The position numbers and the translations under genes are program-made. From the human T2T-CHM13v2.0 reference genome, Homo sapiens, in the NCBI RefSeq assembly GCF_009914755.1, contig NC_060936.1: 64,000 nt of DNA. The stretch is one strand, 5' to 3'. Below the pieces are notes generated by a model. The model was not told the DNA's origin and searched no databases. It saw only the letters and a list, made by a program, of their open reading frames with translations. The first letter of the stretch is position 1. The number at the start of each line of letters is the position of its first letter. Of the stretch, positions 1-14,363 are shown piece after piece.

Positions 1-30
1 GAACAAAGAAAATCTCTAGGTATACGAATA

Positions 31-494
31 CAGTCATATGCCGCCATGATTACGTTTCAGTCAACAGATGGACCACACAGATGATGGTGGTCCCATAATA
101 TAATAAAACTGAATTTTTACTGCACCTTTTTTTTTTTTGGTAAGATTTTTTACAGAGATGGGGTCTCCCCATGTTGCCCAAACTGGTCTCAAACTCATGG
201 GCTCGAAAGATTCTCCTGCCTCACCCTCCCAAAATGCTGGGATTACACATGTGAGCCACCGTTCCTTGCTTTTTCTATGTTTAGGTATGTTCGGAAACAC
301 AAACACTTACCATTGTGTTATACCTGCCTACAGAATTCAGTGCAATAACATGCTGTAGCCTACAAGCTACATAAAGCCCAGATGTATATAGTAGGCTATA
401 CTGTCTGTGTTTGTGTAAGCAAACTCTGTTGTTCACACAATGATGACATCACCTAAAGAGGCATTTCTCAGAGGCATTAAGCGACACATTGCTG
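31..494 (+). mobile_element. Tigger3-type (MER7/GOLEM) TcMar DNA transposon fossil, interrupted by a FLAM
   Basis: TA|CAGTCATATGCCGCCATGATTACGTTTCAGTCAAC...GGTGGTCCCATAA start and ...AAGCGACACATTGCTG|TA end; TA target dinucleotides. Confidence 0.75.
126..266 (-). mobile_element. Alu monomer (FLAM-like)
   Basis: Poly-T followed by the reverse complement of an Alu left monomer. Confidence 0.8.
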
Positions 495-1082
495 TATTTC
501 AATAACAGACAACAACAAAAAAAGAGTTAGCATTTCTAGTAATATTGATGGCAGTGTTGTTATTCTAAGAGTGCTGTATTTATACCATGGGATAAAGCAA
601 ATAAAAAAATTATGTTGAGAATCAGCAGTTTGGGCATGGGAAAAAGAGGATACAGACAGATATAAGAATGATATTAAGTAAAAACCTTGTAGTCCTGAAC
701 TTGAATTGCCAAGTATCAGTATGAATTACTATGTAATTTATGTTTTAAAAAAAGAAAAAAAAAAAGACATGCGTCTAAGTCTGTTCACTGAAAAGGCCTA
801 AAAGGTATGAGTAAGTTAGTAGCAATAGGAATCCTCAGTGCTCAGATTGTGGTCTCTAAATACTATGCCCCAACTAAAGGAACTATAATTCCTTAGCAAA
901 ATGGGCTAATTCCAAATCTGGAGCATAAAATGTTCAAGATAAGAAGGGAACATGTTGTCATACCAAAAAGCAAGGAGGGTATCAGTGACTAGTTAAGAGT
1001 CGTGTCAAAACTACTCGGAGGTCACCTTGAATAGGTTTCCACTGGACAAAGATAGAAAATTTAAACATCGAGAAGGATAACA

Positions 1083-1375
1083 GGCTGGACGCAGTGGCTC
1101 ACTCCTGTAATCCCAGCACTTTGGGAGGCCGAGACAGGAGGATCACCTGAGTTCAGGAGTTTGAGACCAGCCTGGCTAACACGGTGAAACCCGGTTTCTA
1201 CTAAAAATACAAAAAAATTAGCCAGGTATGGTGGTGGGCGCCTGTAATCCCAGCTACTCTGGAGGCTGCGCAGGAGAATCACTTGAACTCAGGAGGTGGA
1301 GGTTGCAGTGAGCTGAGATCGTGCCATTGCACTCCAGCTTGGGCAACAAGAGCAAAACTCCGTCTCAAAACAAAA
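1083..1375 (+). mobile_element. AluS
   Basis: Full dimer; TSD AAGGATAACA on both sides. Confidence 0.92.
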
Positions 1376-1653
1376 GGATAACAACTGCAATAAATTGAAA
1401 CACAGTTTGTTTTAATCCACGAGTTCACGATAATATTCAAAAATAGGAACTCACAGGTCATCTTTGGAGCAACAGTTAACTATCACCCCATAGGGGAAAG
1501 TTAACGTAGATACATCTCCCTGAAAACCTTTCTTCAAATGCTATTTAAATCACACCTGTCATTTCAATAACTCAAGTAAGATTCAACTGTTCTACTCACA
1601 GCAGAAAGAGGATAAAACTAATTCAAATATTCTATATAAAGAAAAAAGCATCT

Positions 1654-1958
1654 GGCTGGATATAGTGGTTCATGTCTATAATCCCAACACTTTGGGGGAC
1701 TGAGGCAGGAACACTGCTTGAGGCTGGGAGTTCAAAACCAGCCTTGGCAACATAGCAAGATCCTGTCCCTACCAAAAATCATTTTTTTAATTAGCCACGC
1801 ATGGTGGTGTGCACCTGTGGTCTAGCTACTTCGGAGGCTGAGATGTGAGGATCACTTGAGCCCCAGAGTTTGAGGTGTCACAGTAAGCTATGACTGTGCC
1901 ACTGTACTCCAGCCTGGGTGACAGAGCGAGACCCTGTCTCTAAGAAAAAATAAATAAA
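1654..1958 (+). mobile_element. AluJ
   Basis: Diverged dimer with J-type GGATCACTTGAGCCC in the right arm. Confidence 0.88.
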
Positions 1959-3519
1959 GCACCAGGGAAAAAAAAGGAAATACTATTATCTGATTCAAAG
2001 TATGAGGTAAAAAATGGAAATATTAAAGCCCCCCATCAAGCCTTCATTTGTATTTTATGCATTTCAATTAATATATCTTTATAAATATATTTTGATGAAA
2101 TAAAATGCACCTATGCAAAAATCATCAATGATTATGAGGCATGCTCGGAGCCTAATGGTTTTTTAAATTGCCAACAGTTTAGGTACCACTACCTGTGGAC
2201 TTTAAATGTTGCACGTACATTATAGAGACAGCTAGCTATGACGTTTGATTCCTAAGAAAAACTACAAACCAAGGAGGTGTACCTCAGTATTCAACATCCT
2301 TAAAGAATTTCCACTTTGGATTAAATGAGACCCCTAAGGCCACGATGAGGAAATATTTTTAAATTATATCCAGAAAAATCACATGTGCTAGAACATATAT
2401 CCCTTCATGCCTTTGTTTTTTAAAATAGATGACTATTACAACTGTGACACATTCTCAATCTCTGGCCCTTTCTGATGCCTTGACCCAGTAACCATTACCA
2501 TTCCACACTTCTCTGAAGCAATGCCGTGAAAATCATGGCTCTTCACTCAGTTTACATATTCTAACCCATCTGTCCTCTTCTATGCTTTCCTTCCTAAGTA
2601 TTTTCCTTATTATTCTTTATTGCTTCCTACCAAATGCTGAGGGAGTGGTCAGATAACTATTAGAGCCCAACCCTCTACCACAGTGAGATCTGTTTCAGAA
2701 ATACTTGGAAGTCCCAAGGCAAAAATAAACCAAGATGACACTTTCTCAAATGATACAGAGCCCTCAAACTTTGGTAAAGCCCAGAAGACTTCCAAGTGGT
2801 CCTATTCTGCTCTGTCTTACCCTATTCTTCCAAGCGGTCCTAACCTAGCATAAGTTAGGATTCAAGATTTAACCATGGCTTAACCAAAATTGGGCTTCCT
2901 CTTGAAATATTCTTCTAAAAGTTCTAAGAAAGTTAACCATTTCTCCCTTAAATTTTTCTAATGTTTTGGGCAGTCAATTCCCACAAACTAGACTAAGCCC
3001 ATTTAAGGGAAAACAATTCAAGACCAATTCAGCTGCCCTCCCTTCCCACTGCAACTTACATATGACAAGAGATAAAACATTGTGGGAAAGGGGCAGGCAG
3101 AAAAGTCTTAATGGTTATACTCAGTTAGCAGAGGCACCCTGAAATGATTTCTAATCACTACAACAGTACACAGATATTCTCTAAACTATATTCAGAGGAT
3201 CTGAATCTTCAGTGAAATCATTGCAGGACGGAGTATCAACTGGACTATACGTCTGGATCTGCAGCTACATTCAAGAAAAGTCAACTGCTTTGAAACGTTG
3301 CCACAATTACATTCTTAAAGGAAATCAGAAAAACCACTAAGCAAATGGTATGCATAATATTGTTACTTCTCTCAAACCTCTGAGAGCATTTAATAAATGT
3401 TTGTTGAATGAATCGCTTTATTTCGTGGAATACATATGGTATCTCATAAGCATTCTGTTTAACACCTCCCTAAAACTTGAAAGAAAAAAAACCAGCCCAA
3501 AAGCAACCGCAGAACGTAA

Positions 3520-3521
<2 letters not shown>

Positions 3522-3552
<31 letters not shown>
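3522..3552. repeat. (TA)15 microsatellite
   Basis: Perfect TA run. Confidence 0.95.
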
Positions 3553-3554
<2 letters not shown>

Positions 3555-4184
3555 CTATAGTGGTATCAGAGAGCCCTAAAATCCAACCACATGCCTTCGG
3601 GGAAAATGCATTATGATCTGTACAGCACCTAACATTAATCCTACAAATATACTACACAAAAGCAATAAAGAATTCCAAAATCCAAAACTGGTACAATTAA
3701 TCTATCACTCTTATTTTAGCACGCAAGCAGAAACGTGCCAAAATAAGGCTGCCTGAGTTTAGGGAAAATGTAAGTAGTAAACTGGTATGATAATGAATAA
3801 AGAAACTTCTAAATAAAGCTAATGAAAGTGGAGCAGCATTTATAAATGAAAGCTCACCAGGAGACACTGAAAAGCACTCTCATGGTTTACCACCTGAAGC
3901 TATCAACTTGAAAAGCCTGCAAAAAGGAACAAAACTAGTTTCCAACCACAATGAATAAACTCGCCACCATATCAAAAAGGAAGAAAGGAGATGAAGAGGG
4001 AGGAAAGGACTACAAAGAGATCTAGGGAAACTTCGTGACACTCTAATTATGCCGCTAGCCAGAAGAAAACTTCCCACTGCACTTCTGCTCAATGATCTTC
4101 TGTTAGAAGACCTTTAGTCCCTTTTCTTACGATGGTGCCCAAAGTGGCCTTTCGGACCTTTCCAACCATTGCTGAAACCTAGAC

Positions 4185-4338
4185 CAGCACTGTCCAACAA
4201 GGCAGCCTCTAGCCATATGTAGCTACTGAGCACCTGAAATGTGTTCTGACACCAGGGATCTGAATTTTTCATTTTATTTAATTTTAATTAACTTAAACAG
4301 CCACATGTGATAAGTGGCTACCATACTGAATACTGCAA
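4185..4338 (+). mobile_element. MER3-like hAT-Charlie MITE
   Basis: CAGCACTGTCCAA...AGCCATATGTAGCTACTGAGCAC...TTTTATTTAATTTTAATTAA...AGCCACATGTG...GTGGCTACCATACTG. Confidence 0.7.
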
Positions 4339-5030
4339 CTTGAGAGTCAAAGTCCCTGTCATTTTATTACTGAAGGCAGTTTTGCTGACCAAAAAAAAAA
4401 TGCACCTTTAAGACAAAAAGGTGGCTGATTCTGCCTCAGAGGGGCCTGAACTCAAGAGAAAACAAAACAACACAAACCTTTCTTCAAGGGCATTTCTAAA
4501 CTAAGTATCGGCCTACAAGGCTCCTAAATACTAGAAGATATATCCTGAAACTGCCTGATTTATACTTTAGGGCAGCTGAATTTGGGAGTCAGAAATAATT
4601 TTTATAATATGCAAGATAAACGTTAAGTGACAAAAAAAACAGGATGGAAAAATAAACCTAGAAAGTTCAAAGATTTTGCTTAAATTTCCTTACAAATAAA
4701 AGCAACTACTCATCACAAGTCCCAAATACCTCTCTACATTTGTAAAGCTGTCCACTTCTTAAGTATACTGCTGCCTGTATCATTTTAATCCTCGATTCCA
4801 TTCCATTTAACACTTTTGTTAGATATGTCTCTGCTGGGTAGCACTTTCTAATAGCATTGTGACATATTACTAAGGCTGTAAAGCAACATGAGAGTAGGCA
4901 TATAGTACTGTAGTTTAATAAATAACTATTAAAATAAGTTGAAATAATGAAAAAAACATTTTGAAAGTTATTAAACTACATATATCACATTTTTTTCTGA
5001 GAAAACCAAATCCACCAAATAATCATATTA

Positions 5031-5205
5031 CAGTAAGTCCTCACTTAATACTGTTGATAGGTTTTTGAAAACTGCAAAAGTGAAATAACATATAACAAAA
5101 TCAGGTTTTTTTCCTCATCCATGTTACAACAGAACAACATTGAAGGAAAGGACGTTATTCAAGAACCTGCTATATGTCATTTCACTTAAAGTCACAGTTT
5201 CACTG
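5031..5205 (+). mobile_element. MER6-like TcMar-Tigger MITE
   Basis: TA|CAGTAAGTCCTCACTTAA...GATAGG... ending ACTG|TA, with internal inverted similarity. Confidence 0.6.
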
Positions 5206-6372
5206 TATACCTTTGTAATTAAAATTTTAAGTTAGTGTATAATATCCTCTTAGAAACAAACCCATGAGATTAAGTTGTTAACTATTAAAAATGATAATTA
5301 AGTTAATTTTCATAAATGGTAAGGGTTGATAGTATTATTATTTTCCTGTTTGAATAAAAGTAACTCAAGAATAACAGCCTCTCTCACATGAAATCAATAA
5401 ATCTTCTGAGCATCAGAGAATTCAATCCCACAATTTTATTTTCAGCTGAGTATACTATGACACTATCTTATAAACAACCCCCTTCTACTAGGAAGGTTTT
5501 TTTAAGCCCAAACAATTACAGATAGTTAAAATTATTCCATAAATACAGCACATATGGAGCAAGTTAAATAAAATATGCTTCTCCAACCTAACACGGTATT
5601 AAAAGTTAATCTCCTGCAGCTCACATAACAAAACAACAAAACTTTAACCTACATTCTGAGTAAAACACATGTATAGAAAACAAAATCAAATAAGTTCACC
5701 CTTAATAATCAAATGATATAAAACAACAGGCTTAAAATACTATCGGGAATCTCAAGTGATTCCTAAATATACATAGTCCTTACTGACAACAAAACTACAA
5801 CAGAAATGACACAGAGAGAATTACAACATATATTAATCATCTTTTGAAACTAAAAAGAAAGTGGAGAGTTAATGCTCAAGGTAACTCCTTGACATGCTGC
5901 CATTAGATCAGGCAGACTATCTTCTGTGATGCTGCTATGCAATCAGATGGCTAGCCTAAAAAGAAAAAAAACTACTACTGTCAATTACAGTCTCAATACT
6001 AGCATCTAAAAAGTCTTATGCGCGAAGAAAAGCCACTTATAAACGAAGCATAAAGCCTACTGCTCCCAATTTGCACGGCTTGATGAACTTCTACAATTTA
6101 AACTTCATCTCCCACACTCTTCCAATAAACCAAGGTTTCCTTCTCCACCAATTCCCTTTCACAGGGAGGGAGGGAGGGAATGGGAAGGAGTGGGCAGACA
6201 AGGTGGACAAGAAAGAGGGGAGGGAGGGAAAACAAGAAGGAAGGAGGGATCTCCCAGCTGCAATAAACTGCTTGCAAATCAAAGACAAAAGCAAGCATGG
6301 AGGGGCAAATGTTTTGAAGTAAAAAATAATACTACTAAAATTATTTGCAAGTTTCTTCTGGAGTGCAAAAGT

Positions 6373-6683
<311 letters not shown>

Positions 6684-7019
6684 AAAAGGTCTTTTTTATT
6701 TTTACCACTTTGTAATTCATTATCCCAAATTCCTATCTGAGGCTTCTAATTTACCTACACATACTGATCACTACCAAATATGGAATCCTTTTATTTCAAG
6801 GGGTATAATATCCTTATAGAAAATTATTCAGCTACCAGTTAGAAAAAGCTGAGAAATGCTTTCTGAAATCTTTGCTCATCAGCCCAGAATTTAAAGTTCG
6901 TACCTAGCAAACACAGTGTTACATCCATCTTGTATAGATTTCCCTTAAAACACACAAAAACACACACGCACCCCTTGAAAAACTGTGAAGTATCTTTAAA
7001 AGTACAATTTAAGTCACAG

Positions 7020-7120
7020 CTACTCTGCCTATGGGGTAGCCCTGCTCTGTCTATGGTGCAGCCATTTTCCTGTACTCTGCTGCTCTAATACACTTGCTTT
7101 GCTTTCACTTAAAACAAAAA
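7020..7120 (+). mobile_element. Short ERV1 LTR (MER41-like) 3' fragment with A tail and TSD
   Basis: CTCTGCCTATGGGGTAGCCCTGCTCTGTCTATGG...CTAATACACTTGCTTTGCTTTCACTT resembles the MER41 region around the poly(A) signal; it is flanked by AAGTCACAG direct repeats. Confidence 0.6.
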
Positions 7121-9124
7121 AGTCACAGTAAATTAGGATTCCTTAGTAATATAAATAAATCCACTGGACACAAAGTTCTAAAACTTTTCACTTTTTCATC
7201 GACAACTTGGGTTTAACAGTAACTATAAAATATAATATTCTTCTACCAATATGTTGTAGTCATGGTAACAAAAACTGTAAACTGCTTCTTGGACCATCTG
7301 ACTTATCTTGTTATGCAGTAACTCAGTTCTTGAAGTCAAGAGCCATTCAGTGAACCTGGAATTCTTTTCTAAGAAACCTTCTCTCTTCACTTAGACAAAA
7401 AGGTTTAAAAAAAAGCTTCAGAAGACCTATTTCAAAGGCTGAATCGAATATTTTCAAAATATAAACCAAGAACCTAATCAAACACAAAATCAAAATTTTA
7501 ATACTATATTTATATATCATCCTAAATTTGGATAAAATATATGTAATACCAAAATTTCCCACTATTCACCAGCAATGTCTAAGGAAAATATAATTTTTCA
7601 ATAATAGCTTTTTTTCTCTTGATCTCCTTTAAACAATTCAGACAGGGGTAAGAATGACTGGCTCAAAATCACTTCACTCAACATGCTCAGAAGCAAAAAA
7701 CCAGTACAGTTCACATTGCAACTAAAAACCTTCTACCTAAACTCACTGCAATTTCTATCATATGGTCAATAAATGTATTTGGTTAGTTCTGCACTATTTT
7801 ATTGCCAAAAAAAATTCTCAAACATAATAATCTTTGTTGCCTCACAGACATGCACTTTCATTGGACTGATAAATTCAGGCCACCCTATTTAAGAATGTAA
7901 GCCTATCAATCTGGTCTCACATCACTACTACCAACTAATATATCCTAATGTTCAGGGCACCCTTAAATTTACAAATTATCAAAATCTGCATTAAAATTCC
8001 AAAGGATATCATTATATATGCATAAACTAAACTAGCAGTAGGTTAATTCCTTTTAAATGTCCCAATAAAGAGGTTTGTTTTTTGGAAGTGGCAGTGTAAA
8101 ATATCTTATTTTTGCTTTAGTTACTATCAATAACCCAGCATAACATAATATGATCTTTGTGCTTTTTCACCCACAAATGGAGTAGTCTAAATGACAATCA
8201 GTACTTCCTCTATTCCTCTAAGTGAACATTCTTTGTTTCCTTCGCAGGTGACAAAACCATATTACATCCTATTTTTCTCAGAAGTCTTGGAGAAATCTGT
8301 TACTACATATTCCATAGAACCTTCAAAGCCTTTGTCCACTGTCTAAGGAATTAAGCCAAAGAAGTGTTACACAGTGTGGTTCCTATCTATCTTTCCAGCA
8401 TCAAACATCCTCTTAACCTGCCTCTCTTATAGCTGATATCTTATAAACTCTGAACACAAGGAGTTACTAAGATTCCAATTCAATATCTCCTATTGTGCTA
8501 AAATACAAAAACCTAAAGTGCTGGGATCGTATCTTCCTTACTTCTACATCCATAATGCCTCGCACAGTATCTAGGAAAGAGTAATTGTTCAATGTATGTC
8601 TAACAGATAAAATGAAGCCAAGCCCCTTTCCCTACAGTGAAGTTGATTAATTTTAATACCAATAAGTTAAAGCTCTCCTTTCACACAAAAGTGCAATATT
8701 TAAGGATCAAAACACCAGATGTGATTAAAAATACACAAAACACCAATTTAATGGTCCTCACTGCATCTTTCCAAGAATGATGGAACCACCTCTTAATACT
8801 CTCCTTACCATCAATGTCCCAGCCCCAATTTATTTAACATATTGTAGCCCAGATTAATCCTCCCAACTGTTCACCTAATTCTCTTCTCAAGACTCTCAAG
8901 AGATCCACTAATGGTCTACTGAATGGTGGTAATGTATTAACCCAGTATTCAAGGTCTCCCATGATCTGATTTAAATTACCTTTTCAAACTTTTTTCTTCC
9001 TCTTCTCTTTATTACAACCTCTCAACAGACAAGCTGAAATTCTAGCTATGATCTATACTTGTCCACTGCGTCTCTGCTCTTGTGACACTTTTACTAAGCT
9101 ATCTTTCCTCTCTTCTGCCCCTGA

Positions 9125-9313
<189 letters not shown>

Positions 9314-11708
9314 TAAGACTTGCTTAATCCTGGTATCTATAGGTCACCTCTACTCTTCCCAATTCCCAGAGAACTTTATCTGTAGCTCTATTACTGTGCC
9401 TACTACAAGTGTAGTACATCTTGTTTCTTATAGTCATCACTCCTACTAGCATCTAAACCTTCAAGAATCAATGCTTGCCTCAAGAAAGAAGGGGACAGAG
9501 ATGCTTCTGGAAGAAATGTATGCAAAGGTCCAATAGTGGTTGGAAAAAGTGAAAACCAAAGTGACGGCTGCTCACAGAGAACACCAAGTTTAGTTTAAAC
9601 ATGTACTGACTGCTGGGGGAAAACTGTGAAAGGTCACTTTACTGATCAATGTAAGAAGCATAAAGCCATGCAGGAAATTAAATCCACTTTCTCGTGTACC
9701 ATATTCACAAACATTCTATTCAATATAGGGGATTCAGCTCCTCAAGAGAAATTTGGTGGTTTGAAAACTAGTTACTGTAGCAAAGACTAATACATTACTG
9801 TACTTGATTTGACACTGAAAATCTCCAACAAAGATGTATCTAACTAGCAAGAAAATCCCATATCAATGTACAAAAATACCCGACAGTAATATATGGCAGC
9901 AAAGTTATTAAGGACAGAAAACTTAAAGCAAAAATCTGTTGTCCTCAAGGAAGAAAAAATTTTAATACTTTGACTTTTTTTATGTTCTGCTGAATACTTT
10001 GACTTTTTTAATGCTTTGGTGATAATTTGGGAAGTCTTTCCCTTTACCTTGACAGAGTATCAACTGAAGACCCTAACCCAATTGTGCTGGGATGTGTGCT
10101 CTCTCCTGTGACAGTTACCTCTACCCAGGAAAGACAGGCAGCATGACACATGAGCATGACCAAGAGGGTGCTTGAGCACCCACCCACATTGATGAAGATA
10201 ACAACCTATTAGGGAATGAAACAGGAGCCCAATGTGAGCAAAGTCAAGTTTTTTATAAGCAGCTATCTGGTGGTATTCAAGGATGCAACATGGCAAAACT
10301 TAATCTTGGGAAGCTGGAAGAGATTAATGACTAAGTACATTTTTTTAAAAAACCATATTTCAGACCTGCAAATTTGGCTGTCTTGAGCCATAACTACATC
10401 CCTTTGAGTTTCAAACAGGATTGGTAAAAGTCCTATCCATCTCCTCCCACACCCACAAAGACAGTTCACGTCGGCCCATGATGACATCTTACAAAAGTCA
10501 AAAAAATTGGCTAAACATTTTAAACAAGAGAAACAAACTGCTGATGTTACAGCAGGAACAAGAACTTTGAAGAGGCAAAAACACGAACAGAGGAGAAGTA
10601 CTTCCCCCATCACAGCTTTTATCACACTGTATTGTACCTTCCTGCTTACTTATCTAATTACCCCATTAAAGGATAAATTCTGTGAGATGAAGAACTGAGT
10701 GACACAGTTCAACAGTGAATGCCCAATACCTAACACATTACCTGGCCCTTATTTGAAGTGCAGTAATATCTGATGATTAAATAAACAAAAACACACAGCA
10801 AGAGTAAAGAGAACCCACTAAAACCTCATAAGCATCCTGAGAATTATACCAAAATAAGGTGCCTTAAATTCAAAATGCATTAATTAAGTTTCTGGAAAAA
10901 ATGAGCAACTAGTTATATATCTCAGTCTCCTGGAAGTAACTAACCATGTCTTTCCCAGCACACAACATAGTCGTCTAGCACTCAACACAAGCTCGTTGAA
11001 TTGAATTATACACTTCCCCTCCTCCTCCAAGTATAAGAGATTCGATAACATAAAGAGATTCAATAGCATAACTATCTAATCAGCCTTTCTCTAATTAAAC
11101 TTTTGTCAAGTCATTTTCCAAAGTATGTAATTTTTTTTAACCCAGAGGCATTCAATGATCAAGTTTACTTCGTATAATACTTTCTGCAAAAGCCAAAACA
11201 CAGAATAAAAGATAATAAAATGGGATTTTTTATAGCTCTCAAGAATATCCAATAACCTTCAAATCTAATATTTAACACACTGGCAATTACTGCCCACTCC
11301 TTCTAAATATAACAAAGTCAAGGTCAGTTTTTAACTCTGTTCAAAACAACAGACACTCAAAGATTCCTGCAATGCCAACAATTATAATTATGTCAACCAG
11401 CCAACATTTACAACAAAAACATGCTTTTTATACCTAACACCCCTTCACCCTACTCTGAGACTCACAGTTCAGTACTCTATGTACTTTCTGGCATTCTCCA
11501 GAAATTCGGTCTTCAGGGAAAAGTTTTAACCAGCATTTTTTTTTTTGACACTAACATCAAACTTTTCAGAAAAAGATAAAGAAGTTGTAAATGGCTCTCC
11601 ATTTTCAAATTTCTTCTCCAAATAACCCAACACAAAATCTGTAATTTAACAGGAGGGCTTATCAGCATTAAGCAAAGCATTTAAGGCAATTTAAGGCAAG
11701 CAGTAAAA

Positions 11709-12007
11709 TTTTTTTTTTTTTTGGAGACAAGGTCTTGCTCTGTCACCCAGGCTGGAGTGCAGTGGTGCAATCTCAGCTCACTGCAGCCTCTGCCTCCCAG
11801 TCTCAAGTGATCCTCCAGCCTGAGCCACCCCAGCAGCTGGAATTACAGGCATGTGCCACCACACCTGGCTAATTTTTTTTGTATTTTTGTAGAGACAGGA
11901 TTTCACCATATTGCCCAGGCTGGTCTCAAACTCCTGACCTCAAGTAATCCGCCCACCTTGGCCTCCCAAAGTGCTGGGATTACAGGTGTGAGCCACCACA
12001 CCCAGCC
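11709..12007 (-). mobile_element. AluJ
   Basis: Full reverse-complement dimer. Confidence 0.9.
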
Positions 12008-12757
12008 TATACCGAAATTCTTACAAGTTAGAATGAAAAGTGTCAACGTAAAATAGCCAATTACATACACCATTCTAGTCAGTTCAAAAAATTTTGGAAG
12101 CTGACAGAATGTCAATAATAAAGAGACAAGCTTTTTAAATTTTATCTTTCTGTACATAACTGGACTTATTCTTAACTTATATAGTGAATTTTATGAACAT
12201 CTAATCAAGGAAAGTGAAATAAAGAGGAATACTCGTAAACATAAAGAATTTAAATTATATTCATGTTATTAGTATATATTTCTACATCTTAAAAAATCTA
12301 ATTAGCATACGTTAAAGGTAAAGATAGGCAGATGCCTATTTTCACCAGTGTTCCAGTATTTTAACTAAAGCTAGATCAGCATTATAAATACAAAAATAAA
12401 TAAATTTATTTCTGAAGAAAATGTAGACATCTATACTCAATTCATTAATTTTATTAATCTTAAGTAATTTTTAAGATTTCTTTACAAAGAGATGTGAATA
12501 TAAAGATTAATTCATTGTTTATGTCCACAATGTGGACATTAAAATCCCTGGATCACCATCAAACCTAACTTTCGAAGCATTCATTTATTGTACACATATT
12601 AATTGTTTGAAATTTAAAATATACAGCATTTCCCAACCAAATTATTTTGAGAGTAAAATGTCAAAATTGAACCAAAGTCCTATTTAGAAAGTATTCAAGC
12701 TTTTAATGCCAAAAGCCATTTTTAAAGAAGTTCTTACCAAAGTAAGTTCAACTGCCA

Positions 12758-13067
12758 GTTTTTTTGTTTTATTTTGTTTTGTTTCTTGAGACAGAGTCTC
12801 GCTCTGTCTCCCAGGCTGGAGTGCAGTGGCATCATCTCGGCTCACTGCAACCTCTGCCTCCCGGGTTCAAGCAATTCTCTGCCTCAGCCTCCCGAGTAGC
12901 TGAGATTACAGGTGCGCACCACCATGCCCAGCTAATTTTTGTATTTTTGGTAGAGACAGGGTTTCACCATCTTGGCCAGGCTGGTCTTGAACTCCTGACC
13001 TCGTGATCCACCCCGCCTCAGCCTCCCAAAGTGCTGGGATTACAGGTGTGAGCCACCGCACCCAGCC
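12758..13067 (-). mobile_element. AluS
   Basis: Full reverse-complement dimer; CCAGTTTTT flanks. Confidence 0.92.
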
Positions 13068-13375
13068 TACCAGTTTTTAAAATGATATAGCAAAACTATC
13101 TGTAACACTGCCTAAGTGAACTAAAGCTGTAACAGACTAGCTTAAGCTGTTAATGCCATTATAAACTAATCTTTTCACAAAACATACCAAATAATCATGG
13201 GATCAATTAAAATCTCCATAAAATAATAATCTGAATTACTATTTAAATTAATATTTACTTCTTCTAAACTCTATTGCCTCCTACTCGAGATTTCCAAGAG
13301 AAAACTATTATTTACATAGCCAACTTCCAGATTCCCACTTCTCTTAGACCATCAAAATACACGCGCTGGATTTTA

Positions 13376-13735
<360 letters not shown>

Positions 13736-14063
13736 TTATATATGGTCTATTAACCTGAGAATTAATTAACCAAATAAGTTACCAGGTAAAATTTTAGGCA
13801 TAATACTTAGTCTTATGAAAACCACAGAGTTGGGGGAAAAAACTGTGTGGTTCTGCACTTTTAAACAAAGTATATACTACTGAATATACTACTGAACTCA
13901 AACTTCAGTGATTAGTTTGAAGTCCCTCTAGTGTTCAACTAGGTTAAGTTAACAATCTCGATGCGGTAAAAGCTGCCACTTATTTGATAACTACTAACTC
14001 TATCCTACATATTAAATAAAAATGAGTTTAATAAACACAAAAGAAAGTATAAAAACAAATTAG

Positions 14064-14363
14064 CAGCTGGGAGTGGTGGCTCCTGTGTGTAATCTCAACG
14101 CTTTGGGAGGCTGAGGCAGGTGGATGGCTTGAGCCCAGGAGTTCAAGACCAATCTGGACAACACAGTGAAACCCCATCTCTATAAAAAACACAAAAATTG
14201 GCAATGTGTGGTGGTACATGCCTATAGTCTCAGCTACCCACAAGGCTGAGGTGGGAAGATCACCTAAGCCAGGAAGTCTAGATTGCAGTGAGCTGTGATC
14301 ACGCTACTGCACTACAGCTTGGGTGACAGGGTAAGACCCTGTCTTAAAAAAAAAAAAAAAAAA
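14064..14363 (+). mobile_element. AluJ
   Basis: Diverged dimer with A tail. Confidence 0.88.
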
